Below, piece by piece: positions 39,101-52,810 of a stretch of DNA of 64,000 bases. Position 1 is the stretch's first letter, and every line of letters starts with the position of its first letter. Source of the DNA: Ruditapes philippinarum (taxonomy: Eukaryota); contig NW_026862771.1 in assembly GCF_026571515.1 (NCBI RefSeq), forward strand, positions 310,001 to 374,000. The letters are read 5' to 3'. Made by a program: the position numbers and the translations under genes. The notes beneath the pieces were generated by a model. It was not told the DNA's origin and ran no database searches. It saw nothing but the letters and a program-made list of their open reading frames with translations.

Positions 39101-40325
39101 TTGACGATGTGAAGAAAAAGTGGAAATCAACCACATACTGCTTTTAAAAGCGTTTTAATGAAACCATCGATTTTCTTTATTCATTCTACAAATTATTCTC
39201 CGAAAACGCGAAATAAGTAGGGCATTTACCAGATTGAGTTTGATTTATTTCATTCCTTTAAGTAAAGCAAATGTTTTAGTGAAATACTTTAGATAGGAAA
39301 TATTTAATGGGATATAGAATGTTTTGTCGCAATTAATACTCCTTGCAGCCGTCAATATAGAGTTGTAATACCATTCAAAGAAGACATAAAAATGTGATAT
39401 TTTTAGCAATTCTCCCGTCCCTCCAAAAAGCTTAAAACAAAAACAGTTTTTTTTCTTCAAATTCCAACAGTTCCTTGCAGAATGGTTTTTGTTTCTGACT
39501 TCGAACCACTTGCCCTTCATCGGTAAGGGTTCAAATCCCGCCAGGAGAATTGGATCAATTCGTGTGAGGAAGCTATCCCGCCAGCTTATGGAACATCGGT
39601 GGTTCTAGTCATGTCCTGCTCATGACTGAAATAATGCACGGAAAGGCACATGAGTTCTTCCTGTACCAGTAAAGCTGGAAAGTCACAATATGAAGTCATA
39701 AACATAAAATTGAGAATAACTTGATCATGTTTGAGACTAATACAACATAGGTAAGGTATTGGTAATGGTATAAGCTTCGTACAAATAGCGTTCCGTTTGG
39801 AGATAGATAATGCCCTTATTGGTACAAAGTTGAGACTGAATATCACTTTGTTGTTAAATTTCTAGATTGTTTTAAGGTAATTTTGCAATCAGAAAGTGTT
39901 TTGTTGGCATCCAAGTTATTTCAATTTTAATAACAAAAAATCGTATTTACAAGCAAAAAGGGCTAATATCCACACACATTAAACTGAAATAAATATATGT
40001 ACAAAATGTCATATCATTTGCGAAATTTTATAATTAGTGTCCCTTTTACTGATAAACTATAAACGTGTATATCTTATATATTTTATCTTGATAGTTCACA
40101 TGTTTTTTTAATGAAATGCTGATGGATCTTCTTTGATGTGTAAAAGTTGAAAATGTCGAATGAAAATCTTACAAATTTATCTGGCAGCCTCTACTAAACG
40201 GCCAAGTCATCACGTTATATGTTGCTTTCTGCCAAAATCTTCTCTTATATTATCTTTTTGCATGTCCCTTTTTAGTGTTATCTTTATTGTTTTGGCTTAA
40301 ACTGTTTTATGTTCAGAATTTGCTT
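36140..40325 (-). pseudogene. P7: chimeric LGR pseudogene, duplication unit 2 (start codon deleted)
   Basis: TM2 region KIQSFLRNIYILSQGDMTLFFFLSLYLILFFISI (ORF 37764-38030); Cys-rich/LDLa-like HFVPYLKYCTRLQ (about 38905-38950); junction at about 38563. Confidence 0.65.
39468..39700 (+). mobile_element. tRNA-derived SINE, third duplicated copy
   Basis: Near-identical to 32636-32870. Confidence 0.8.
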
Positions 40326-41640
40326 TTGTGTCCGCATGTTTTTTCTATTATTAACAATTCTTTCAGAGACTTTAGGGATGATACGAAAGTTAAAAACAAA
40401 TCAGGTTTTGTCCCCCACTTTTCTTTTTGTATTCATTTACTACTCTTTACAACTGTTTTATGTTACTAATACAATAGCTTTTAATACAATAGCTTAATAT
40501 CCACTAATGTGTCTTTGACGTGATAAGGAAAATAATTTAACCATCTGGTGAATTGATGCGTTTTAAAATGGAAAATGAATCAAAGTTTGACCATTTTGAT
40601 CAATTCGGCAGTATTCTTATTTGAAATCATTATTTCATTTTACATTTGGCGGCTCTATTCTTTATGTTCACGTCAGAAAGTTGTCAAGTAAAATAATTGC
40701 GAAATTATCAGATTACTTGAAATTGCTTCGTAACTTGTCGTGCTCTTTGTCTTTGATAATAGTAGATATCTAATATAAATCTTTATGTAGGTGCCCATTA
40801 TCTTTCCTCTGTTTAATATAAAGGGAATATTTTATCGAAGAATTTTAATAAATAGCTCATATATTCATGCGCAGAATATTGTCTTCAATGGGAAGTCGAC
40901 TGAAATTCATTACAATCTGTTTCTGAATCTTTAACATATATTGATTATTTAAGCCTAAAAAAATCATATTTTATGGTTTCAACATTAATATGTAAAGAGT
41001 AATTCTAGATATGAAAGACATACTTTCATGACATCTGTATAAGTGTGTCTGTTTAAATAGATATAAATTATGTTGTTTTTCTAATGGCACATTCATACCT
41101 TTTTTATTTCTTCGAGACATTAAATGGCTAACGTGTGAGTTATGATTTAAATGCCTCTTATACCATTGAAGATATACTAATAATTAGAGACAGATGAATA
41201 ATTTCCCGTATGAATATTTCAAACAAAAAATTAATACAGATCATTCTATAGAAACAAATAATAACGGTTTTAACAATAATAATTATATATACTATACATT
41301 CATGTAATGTCTTGGTGTAATTTCAATAATTTGAAATCCTTTAAAAAAACATATTTCTTCTAAAAAATTGTATGAAATCATTGTTTATCAGAATTATGAT
41401 AAATAAAGTGATAATGCATTGTGGTTATTTTTTATTTCTATTCATACAAGGTGACACTAACATGCAAATAGTTTACCATCTTCACATAGTTACCCAGTTT
41501 GAAGATTCTAGATCAATACAAATAACAAATAATACTGGAATGATACATTTTTATGTGTCCTACGAATCTAATAGAATTGATATTTTCTTAATGGTGTATA
41601 ATAACCTCTTGATTTTAAACAACCAAAACCTTTAGGAGAA
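40326..41640 (-). pseudogene. P8: 5' remnant of a type-2 copy
   Basis: Direct duplicate of 34585-35620; coding origin is inferred from position and weak similarity to the type-1 N-terminus. Confidence 0.35.
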
Positions 41641-41819
41641 GATGATAATATTACAGGAAACACTGTATCGCATCTAAGTATCTTCAGGGCCTCAAGTAAT
41701 TATCTCGTTATGTGGTCTCAAGATATTAGTAATATGTAATGGAAACAACTGAATAAGTTGTGGCGGCAAGATAAATTCTGCTGCACCACTATGTCACCTC
41801 TATGCCACATCTAACAGTA

Positions 41820-44800
41820 TATTTGTCTATACTTTAAGTGTTTCTTTTGAACTAGATTTAATAAAAGTAATGTAAATTTATATATAGAAAAATATAAGTA
41901 TATAAATATAAGATGTAACAAATCTTATGAAACGGCAGTTTAAGAAACACTGCTTGATTGATATTTTTTCATTTTATGACATTAATAAAAAAATTACAAT
42001 ATGTCACATTATCAAAAGATTTCCCGAATACCATTTATTTAGAAGAACGATTTAGTGTATTCAAATCTTGGAAATCCACTCCAAAAGAGCATTAACGAGA
42101 TTGCTTTTTTTTATTTATTCTTTCCTTTTACATATGCAAATTTTTGTAATGAAATATTTTAGCAGAAAAGTGTTAAATAACATGCTGAGAGAATTGGAAT
42201 GTTTTAACGACATTTTCGACACTGATTTTAATTGTAAATGACCATAAAAATGCATTGTTTATCATAAATTTTCATATAACTGAGTTATACTGAATGCAAT
42301 TAAATCTATATAAAAATGCAAATCAATACTTAATGGCTTTTTAAACTTCCATTAGCTGTGTATACGTAATGATTTAAGTGTAAATAAAAATGTCACCCAT
42401 TTTACATTTCTCTCTCTCTTTTTTATATCATACTAGCAAATAACATCCTCTTCATAAAATAACGACAGTTTCCTAAATGAATATTAGGCTTATTTAGCAT
42501 TGAACTGTTTATGCAAATTGTTTGGAAATATATAATTGTTTTCTTTATTACATCAGACACAAAATGATGCACTATGTAAAAGACAAAATGCACCAGAGTG
42601 CTTTTTGATTTATATTACTATGAATAAGTAAACAGTACTGTTGTTTTGTTCTGGTTTAAAGAAAAAGTGATGATAACTAAATTGTGTAGTACAGTTCATG
42701 TAAACAAAGAAAATGTAACAATATGTAGAACTAGACCCTCATAAATCATCTATCCGCCCACCTTGTAAAACTAGTTGATAATTTAAAAAAAACGGCTAGA
42801 TCTTAAAATAAAACCAAATCATAAAAATAACCATCTTTGCATGTTTTTTTTTCTTTTGAAAATAAATAAACAAATGCACGATAAATGTATCGTATATAAA
42901 TATATATGAAAGATTCGCAACAGCAGACCATTTACATTCTTCTTTTCAAATTGTTTGTATGCAACTCGTTGTGTTGAAATAGAGCATTTTATTAAATTAA
43001 CTGAGATACTTACTAAAAGGATTGATTATCGATTATTCTTGATTATAAATTACTGAGTTGTATTGATTAAAAATATGATAATAAGATAACTTTACAGCAA
43101 GAATTTTATATTCTGTATTTTATAGTGTTTTGCATGAAAATAATGAATCAAAGCCTTTTTTGTTTTTACTTTAAAATTAAATATTATTACAAACTTGTCT
43201 TAGTTAGCTATGTTTTAAGTAAAAAAATAAAAAGAAATAAATTTTCTGCGTTTGAACGCAGTGAATAAGAAGCTGTTTCATTGTAACTGTTTGCTATCGG
43301 TGGGGCTTTGTAGCGCACGGGTTTCTCGGGAATAATATACAACGTTGGACAACCGACGATAATTTTTGAAAAAAAAATCTTAATTTTAATATTTCACCGA
43401 TCTTAAAATATGCAGTTGTGCCAAATTATTAAGATGTTTTATGATACATGTTTGTGTTAGAGAGTATAGTCATCTTTATTTCATCATGACATATAGAGTT
43501 GATAACCTATGTTAATTATTTTAAAATTTATTTCAACAACTATTTCATGTTTAAATGAACCAACACCATATAGTGATAGTGAAAAACAACAACTCTATAC
43601 ATATATAATTTAACTGTATTATACATATTTAGATATGTGAATTGGAACAAGTAATGAAAGATTGAGGTGAAATGAAATAAGCAGCAAAATTGGTATATGA
43701 CCATTGCCTCCTTGTAGTATTGGAATGACAAACTAAATGAGATAAAGAGATAAAAAGAAAAAAAAATTGCAATGTCGCCTTAAGACGAAATATAGATATG
43801 AAATATGAATTTTAAAACAATTCAAATAAGTGAGCCGACAGGTGAACCCCCACCAGCTTATGTTTCTATTCTGATATATTTCCTGAATACATGTCAATAT
43901 TAACAAAAGCCCTGTCAGAGTAACAAAGTACTGATGCCATTGTGTATAACTTATATCACACACTTGATCTGTTGGTAATTGACCATAATTATAAAAGCTG
44001 TACTTTAATTTGCAGATATATTAAAAGTTGTGCTTAAATGTTGCTCGGTTGTTAAAAGTTCTGCTTAAATATTGCTCAGTGTTGTGTTGCTTTTTAACTT
44101 CCTCGTTCTGTTTTGTTTTCTTATTATTTTTATTACATATACTAGAAAAGGAAAGAAATGTAATGTTTAAACATATATAACATAATGTATCAAAATCTAA
44201 AGATTTATTAGGGTTTCAATTAGTTACAATAGTAAAAAATGCAATCCCTAAAGAGAGCTCAAAACTATAAAATTGAAAATGTTGCAGGCTCGGTTTAATG
44301 AAGCCTGTTCATGGACGGTAATGAAAAGTGCAAGTAACCGTCCACTCCCATAAGCACCGGCTTTAGCAGCATTCAAAATTTAAACTTGGTAATGGTGAAA
44401 TTGTGAATTTAAAAACATCCACAGATGTGTTCATACGGCGGTAAACATGAAAGCTTCAATGTAACACGTTAGTGCCATTCCATGGAAAGGTTCGCATGGT
44501 CACCAATAAAAGGCTTAAGATAAAATGAGATCGCTTAAAACGATTGGTCATCAGTTTTAAGGTTTTGTAAATACTGATTCTAAAAATATTGCATTTTTTC
44601 TCGAGTATAAAACATATAAAATACGTGTTGTAGACTTTGTTTTATAAAGTTTGTACAGGAGAGGCGTAAACCGCAAATATTATCAATACCTTGAAGTATT
44701 CAATATAAAACTAGTCAGTTCTATGATAATCATGAATGGAAAGATAACATAATAATTGAAAAAAATCTCATGTTTGAATTGAACTTACACTACAGTACCG

Positions 44801-45870
44801 TGGTGGTAAACTTTTTCTGTGTTTTTACAATGATTTTGCCAATATCATACATGTTTCTACATCTACAACTATTTGAATTATAATGTGTTTCTTCGTAAAC
44901 AGCTGTTAAGTTTTGTTTTCTTCTTCAATATGTGAAATATGCTCGGAATAAAAATAACATGTCATTGTTGTTGGACATTCCTCACGAAACGCAATATTTT
45001 ATCTGAGATGTCAGCATAGAATTACAATACAGACAGGTGCACTGGCACTGACAGGTGCACTCGCACAATACAACATGCAAGAATAAACAAGTTTTACTGT
45101 TTGTTCCTTCTTGATATTTTAAACAAACATTCCAATATCTTTCTGCCAGCATTCTTTTTAGTTTTTTTTAAATAGAAACGTTTAAATTGAGGCGTTTTGA
45201 AATTGTCTTAAACGTTATGGACTGTATGCAAGTCATAGTATATGGACACTTTTTCATTTAAACCAACAATTTACAGTGTCAATGTCATCCAATATTCAGT
45301 ATTTTTCTGACATGCAGTGGCAATGCTGTGGCAATAACACCCTTTTATTATAACATGAAATAAGAACATTGCCATTATAAACAGCATAATACAAATATAT
45401 AAAGAACAAGTATACATGTATAGTTAACATAGAATCATTTTGAAAAAAAAACTGGTCAGTTTTGTAAAAATATCTATTTCATTTCAGCACTTTCTTCATA
45501 AGGTGAAAATTAATTTCAGATTCTTCTGTTAGAAATAATTCCTTAAAGATATTAAAATCTGGAAAAAGAAAAGATTGATCCCTCAAAAGCTGAAAGTCTG
45601 AAATTTATTTCAAATGAGAAGCTTTACATAATAATTTACTAACATTAATGGTAGTTGTAATAAAGTCTTACTTTTGTTTTGGTGTCAATGACAAAAATAT
45701 GAAAAAAAGAGATTTGTAATTCTAATGCATGTTTACATTAACATATTGAATTAGATTTTAAAATATTACTTGTTTAACGAAATTACATTATCTTTCTTAT
45801 TTTACCTATATTCTTCTACGTTGATTTGTACAAAATATTTTACTTATTCTACTTCTTGAGTTCTTGTTAC
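41820..45870 (-). pseudogene. P9: GRL101-like LGR pseudogene, type 3
   Basis: SFQYYKEAMVIYQFCCLFHFTSIFHYLFQFTYLNMYNTVKLYMYRVVVFHY (ECL1-TM3-like, ORF 43540-43731); LRR-like LSAFEGS and NIFKELFL at about 45530-45610; more diverged paralog of the P5/P7 7TM half. Confidence 0.6.
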
Positions 45871-47869
45871 AGCGCAACCGGATTAATTGAAAAAAGTGCA
45901 ACATCCCTCACGCCCCCTAGCACCGACTTGAGTGGTACTCGATTATCAACACTCAAAAGTGCGGACACAATGATCCCGAAGAAGCAGAAAAATACAACAT
46001 CACTGAAGTGAAGAACAGCACTAGATTACTGCTGTTGTGAAAACTTGTGATGTATAAATATCTGGGAAAAGTAAAATATTTGTTAGTTAAAACTTTTCGG
46101 TGACTCCGGCTAATTGTATGATAAGTTGTCAATTTATTATTATAAGGCGCTATTTATAAATATTGTATCGAATGTTGGTACCGTTTATAAAAAGGGACGT
46201 GCAATTTGTCTTGTTATTTTTGGAGGAAATTAAGAATGGCTGATGTAGAATCAATAATGCAGTAAAATATTGGTGTAAATAAATAATAAATACGTCATAA
46301 ATAATGTCCAAACACCACCTTAAACAAAATTATAATCTTCTATATATTATAGTCAAGTTTTGCTAATATGCATTAAACAATGTGGAATATACGAAATAAC
46401 CGCAGTTATATGCATGGTTTCTATGAAAATGACGATAACCTATTCTTTATTCATTCAAAATAAAATTTAATTATTTATAATCTTATAAACAAACATGATA
46501 AGTTAACATTTTCTTACTTCTGCTCAAGCAATCGACTGACGAAGATATATGAATAACAAAAAAGGACCCGAATGTTTGTCAAATTTGGTAAAAAATGTAG
46601 TGTAAAAAGGTATATAATCTAATGACAATATAGTACGAATTTTATGATTATTTAATAATTTACATTCACTATTATAAATAAGCAATAATGCAGTTCCAGA
46701 ACATCTACATTTTCCAGAAGCAATTACAGTATTAAAGGAGGTGATACACTGAGGTAAAAAATCCTTAAAACATAAAATGTGAAACCCTTACACAATTCAA
46801 GTTAAACACTTTTAAATGGATAAATATGAGAAGAATAATATACTTAGAATTACAATAAATGTCAATTTATTTCACGCGATTCTTCGCCCAATTATCGTTT
46901 ATTTCATAATTATTTATAATTTATTCTTAGTAATGAAAATGACTATTCTGGATATATAGCATGGTATTGGATTAGAAGAAAGTACAAATCATGGAAAAAT
47001 ATTTCCAGTGCCTTCATGTCAAAAAACCTAGTAGAGTCTTTTTAAGATATGCGTTATTCAGAACATAGTTTCGAATTCTTTTACACTTTTGCACCGAACT
47101 GTATGTTGTCAAAGCGTAAAATTCATCAAAAAGGGTTTATTACTTGCTTTTTTGTAAGGATTATTTATTCAAGAGTGAATATATCTATATGTTAAAAGTT
47201 TCATGAGGACAAAATTATTTGTCTCCAGTAAACGTTTCTTTTCTAGATATTTTGTTACAAAATTTGCATCACAAAAAGGAAAGAAATAAATCAAATCAAA
47301 TTCAATCTGTTTGATGCTGTACTGACTCGTATTTTCGAAGGATTATTTTCAGTTTACAGTTAATCGATGCTTCAAAGAAAATGTCTTTAAAAGCAGTATG
47401 TGGTTGCATTCTAATTTATCTTAATAGTACTAATTTATCCATTTATCAAAACTTCCACGGGCATGTCGATTTATCGTGGATTCTTTTTCCGGATTTCCAA
47501 CAGTGTATTGAAATTGTTTGTCAAGAAATTCATCCGTATTCGAAATGTAAAACAACATTCTTTCAAAGAGAATTAATATTGTCTTTTGGTAATGGTTTTT
47601 CATCAGATATACGCTCGTATTTATAAAAGGTTCTGTCAAGTTGATTAAAAATATGCAGTATAAAAGACGTGTGCCAATATAATATTTATGTGACAAGGTA
47701 AAGCAACTAAATGTATTTTGTTCTTGCGTCATAGTAAACCATATTAAATACATCTTCCGGTCTAACAAAATTAACAGAATTCTCACGGGGTTATCAATAA
47801 TTTTGCAATGCCCCATTTGACACATAAATAATATTTCAGTTGTGACTCTCAGTTCTTATTAAAGCAATG

Positions 47870-48330
47870 TTGTAGATGTAGAGTGAAGTTATTCCGCGAA
47901 ACTCGCAGTTTCCATTCCGTTATTCATTGTTTGGAAAAGAATCTCTTTCTGATGAGGACAACTCATTTATTTTTGAGAAGGTACGCATATTTATTAAGAC
48001 AAGCTGTAGATTTGAAAGAAGATCATTATCTCATCATTGTTTTATATATATAAATACAACTTGCCACGTTCATTTGATATTTCCACAAACTAAACTCTAC
48101 CCCACTTTTTTCTTCTCCTTTTCCGCGTACATATACCCATTAGATTTCCCCAAATGCTCTACTATCATTCAATGCGGTTTGTAACTGTCTTACTATTATT
48201 TAGAAAATTTCATTATCGCAGGGAAGAACCGTTTGCTAATGTTGTAAGACCTCGTGGTTCAACCCTATTGCTACTTTTGTCTTAATATTATGATAGCAAA
48301 TTACTATTATAAATGTGTACACAAGGTTAG
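47870..48330 (+). mobile_element. CR1 LINE 3' end fragment
   Basis: LFGKESLSDEDNSFIFEKVRIFIKTSCRF matches the C-terminus of ORF 62857-63816 (LFGNPDISDTDNANIFKHVHTFISESKRF). Confidence 0.8.
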
Positions 48331-48339
48331 CTTTTAAAA

Positions 48340-49620
48340 AAGCTAGTAGCGACTCGCTTCGTAATTTTTTTCCAGGGGTGCGTTTGAATGTAAAAATGAC
48401 AGTTCTGTTAGCTGAAGAGACTTCAGCGAACATCAAAATAAAAGTGACATAAAGTTATGGAAGCCAGTTTCACTCAGTTTAACAAAGAGGAATATGAGTA
48501 TATATGAAGATGCATGTAAACAGATAGAATGAAGTCCCTATGTCTATGCACATTTACTATATGGCCTTTTGACCTTGACAAAATAAATGTTAGATAGGTA
48601 GAATTCATAAAGATGTCTCTTTATACGAAGTTTAGTTGTAATATGATATTTAGAATTGGAATGAGTGACAGACACAAGTCCTAAAGTAAACATAAGTTGT
48701 CAATTAATTCAGCTAGAAAAGCCGGGATCCTATTAAAAATATAGGGATCCCGGGAATTAACCAGTCTTAGATGCTTTTCAGATAAGCCGGGATCCTATTA
48801 AAACGTATAGGGATCCAAGGAATTGGCCAGTTCAAGAATATAGTTTTCAGAAAAGCTGGGATCGCATTAAAACATAAAGGGATCCCGGGATTTGACCAAT
48901 TCAAGAATGTAGTCTTTGAGTTTTCCAATTAATTAGGCATATAATTATAAGTATTGTGATTTTTAAGTTTGTTGATAAATAGCTCTAAATATATTTATAT
49001 CCAAGGTTTAATTAATTTAACGTTCATTACATACAATAAAAAAACTTAACGTTTAATGGCCTTTCATTACGACAATAATCAACACAAATATAGTTTATAA
49101 GTTTTTCCTCTATATCTTATACGATCCCGGATCCCGGCCAGTCATGTCGTCACGGATCCCGGCCAGTAAATATATACACTAAATACCGGAAAGGATAAAA
49201 TGACCAGAAAAAAGGAAAAAGAAAAAAATGCACAGAACCAGGTGTACACTTATGTTAATTAACCAAACGAAAAGTTACCACAGAGAAAACAGGTGAAATC
49301 GCTAAATCAAAAGTCAGTGTAAATATGATTTATTGAAAAGAATTCATGAAAACAAACATTTTTAATCATCATAATATCTTTGCGCTCAAAACAATACTTG
49401 CTGCTTTTTAAATATGGCGTGAAAATTGAAGGTTTTTTGACGCTATGTAAGATTAAATTTGATTGGCTAAATAATTTTGGATCCTAGCCCTGATAGATAA
49501 ATTTTTATAGAAAGCTGGAAGCCAAGCTTCGACTAAATTTTTGGATGGATTCGGAGTTTTAGGTTGTTTCTCAGTAAAATCCTAACGTAATACCGGCTCG
49601 CCGTGGCGAGCCGGCAATAG
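48340..49620 (+). mobile_element. Non-autonomous Helitron-like element
   Basis: 3' GC hairpin ccggctcgccgtggcgagccgg at about 49593-49614; three about 66-bp internal repeats (48714-48910); 5' boundary uncertain. Confidence 0.6.
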
Positions 49621-50995
49621 AACTATAAAAGTATTAAATGTTTTACTTATGAACAATAAAATATGTTAAAATCAATAAACACTCCATACTGTATTTGATA
49701 AAGTTCAATTTGACATAGACCATGTTCTCGGTGAAATAACCACTACTTCGAAAATGCGCCAACAGGAACTGTTGAAGGTTCACGAATTTAGATCCTTTCT
49801 TTCACTTAATTGTTAACTTTAACGTCGACAATATGACCTTCACCATAATTTTTTTTGATACATTTTCTTTTCATTTTCTAATATTGTTATATTTCGTAGC
49901 GATAGGAATTATATTCTGAAAAAAAATCGTATGCTAGTTTTCTTTTCTGAAAGTTTGCTTTGAACTCGATTAGAAAGATTTATACTCTTTTTATATAGAA
50001 GACAGGGTTCTGCGTATGAATATATGTGCTAATTATTCGGTCCTTTCTTAGACAAAAGCTTCATTTATATAAAACAGAGAAAAGATAATGGGCACCTATA
50101 TAAAGATTTATTTATCATGTCTCCCTATTTTGTAGACAAGAAGCATTGCGTGTTTTGAAACTAATTTACATAATCTTATTATAAGACAATTATTTAAATG
50201 CAACTTAATTTGTAATCTTTTCGACGCCCTTCCCACGGATTGACCCATCATAATATACTTATATTTTCATGAACATGTGAGTAATAGGCATATAAATCTG
50301 CAAATTTGTCATATTCTAATAGCAAATTTTTGAAATTTATGTCCAGAACAGATGACATTTTGCTTGAAATATTGTTTGTGCATTTTCAAACTAATTGCAA
50401 AGTGTTTGTTGTATTTTCAAGCGTCTATTTGTTCTCGCAAAATAACGCATCCTTCTTAAGTAAATGGGAGACAAATAATATATTATCATATTTAAGAATT
50501 TGGTATTATCTTTTTTATACGAATCCTGGGCAAATGTAAATGCTAAAACTACCTGAAAGTTTACGTTTCACGAACCTATTTTAGGAAATTCCAACATCGT
50601 AACTCTTGTGAACTGGTGGCATACTATAATCTTATAGGAAATCAAAAGTATCGAAATAGTGCGGACTTAATTGGATACAATTTTAAGAATTAAGCTTTTT
50701 AAGTATGTTTAAGTATTAAAAACGATATATACATGTGTAGTAGCTTATAATGTATGTGAAGTTGATTTGTTTGACCTTATTCAAAACAATGTTTATGAAT
50801 TTGAAGTTGAAGAATAACTGTATTAAATAGGGGACTGGTAATAAAAATGATAATATTGTTTGTGACACTTTTATTATTATTGTGCCCCCACTATAGGGGG
50901 GGGGGGTTTACATTCACCCTTGTTTTGATATTGATTAAGTTATGTACCTGTTATGGGCCTCATTTGACAATCCGTGTTACATTTTTGAATATCGT

Positions 50996-51508
50996 TTAGT
51001 ATGGGTAAGAGTTCGTATTAAGACGACCGTAGGGAGTCTTATCAAACTCTTACCCATATAACTGCAAATCGGCTCTTACAACTCGATATCAGATAAAAAT
51101 ATAGAAAGAGTCACCTCTTTAATTAAGCATTACATTGTTTTTCCCCAGCAGTCACGTACAGACAAAGATGGGGTCCAATTACTTAATCTGGCATGTAAAA
51201 CAATGAGTTGTCAACAATACCTAGGATTGTTAATGCAATTCATTCCTGTCATATGAAACAAAATAATGTTTTGCTTACTTTTTCTATAAAATATAAACAG
51301 TCAGCAATTAATAATTGACATTTTTCTTAGAGTTAAAAGAATATCAAAAAGTTACTGTGTACTCATTTGTCTCTGCGAGCTGAGCTCCACGTGACATGTA
51401 ACATGTAAGAAAGTTGAATAGGTGTAGACGCGGCCTTAGAGCCGATTTGCAGTTATATGGGTAAGAGTTTGATACGGTCGTCTTAATACAAACTCTTACC
51501 CAGACAAA
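50996..51508. mobile_element. MITE with about 70-80-bp self-complementary TIRs
   Basis: tgggtaagagttcgtattaagacgaccgta...tcaaactcttacccatataactgcaaatcggctct, mirrored at 51438-51502. Confidence 0.85.
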
Positions 51509-51919
51509 TATGTTGTGGTGAAATTCTTATTGTATCCACTAATCTGATAATTAGAGTTAGACATACCAGTGATCTATGCATTGAATTATGAAAATGTACG
51601 GGCTCCCTCAGTTTGATCACGGTTGTAACGGCACTCGAGACAGTGGGCGTCTGTTATAAGCTGCTTACTCATTTTTCGAGAATTAATAATTTTACTTTTC
51701 GTGATTATACCGAATAGAACGACCACTGATCTATATTGTTTACATAATAGTGTTAATTTCTGTATAACATCTATAGATACAAATAAAAGTTGGTTTCACT
51801 AAGAATGTGTGCAGACAAAAGATGCACATTTAAATGCTTAATGCAAACGTCATAATATAAGGATGAACTTTGTCTTGTAAAAAGTAATTAAAAACACATT
51901 GTAAGCTAAGGGGGGGGGG

Positions 51920-52810
51920 GGGTCGTCATATTGCTTTAAAGCGGCGCGAGATTAAATAAATCTGGACTTAGGATATACTCATCCCACTTCATAAAAAAAG
52001 GAGACGTCAGTGATGATAATAACTATAAATGCAAAACTCGTGTCCTATTCTTAATAAAAGACCTCCATCAAGGGGAGGTTATTTCAATGATTATGTTTTC
52101 TCTATTTATTGATAATGTAGAGTTTTTGTTGGAGCTGTTTATTTACACTGGCCTATAATCAAACTATACGTAAATAAACTATGCTTTTGCCTTTTACTGA
52201 TGACATTGTAGTTTTGGATGATTCACAAGAAGAAATTTACTGAAGCTTAAATCTTTATTCATATTGTGAAAATGGAGTCTGAATGTTAATATTGATCAAA
52301 CTTAAGCAGTTGTTTTTAGAAACGTCGTTTGTTGCTGTCAAAAACTTGCAATTGTTAGTAACTTTAATTACAATGCTGTTATTTTTTAAGCACACGGGTA
52401 TGTTTGCTTTAAATCAGGAACATTTGATAGGAAAAACTATCGAAATATTAAATGTTTTACATATAAGTTGCAAAAAGCTAAACTTAATCCGGCTGTTGAT
52501 CCATGCATCACAAATCTGGGGAAATAATAAGTCTAAATGGATTAAAAGAGACCATCTGAAATTTTGTTAAATAATACTTAGTGCAATATTATTATATTAC
52601 ATATTATGCAGCTGTTTATGGTAGGGTTTCGTTACCTTCCTTTTATTTATAACAATATATTTAGGGGATAGAAATTTTCGACATAAATTATTAGCAACAG
52701 AATATATCACTCTTAACAAAATATATAATACATTGTAAAATGACTGTTTAGATGAAAAAGTAACTTAAAGAAACAATTGGCTTTCAAATGATAAAGAATT
52801 GTTGTCGTCG
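51920..52810 (+). mobile_element. Old RTE-X-like RT fragment
   Basis: LHQGEVISMIMFSLFIDNVE, LLPFTDDIVVL, WSLNVNIDQT, ASQIWG. Confidence 0.75.

Larger units (their letters stand above)
46900..51880 (+). pseudogene. P10: inverted LGR pseudogene split by CR1, Helitron-like and MITE insertions
   Basis: 47200-47560 is the reverse-complement homolog of 18370-18690 (aaaagcagtatgtggttg shared); LRR-like VLLMNNKI and VYLFSQNNASFL; TM1-like KMIILFVTLLLLL; TM4-ECL2-like SVISCLLIFRELIILLFVIIP...YCLHNSVNFCI...SW (51650-51800). Confidence 0.6.
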
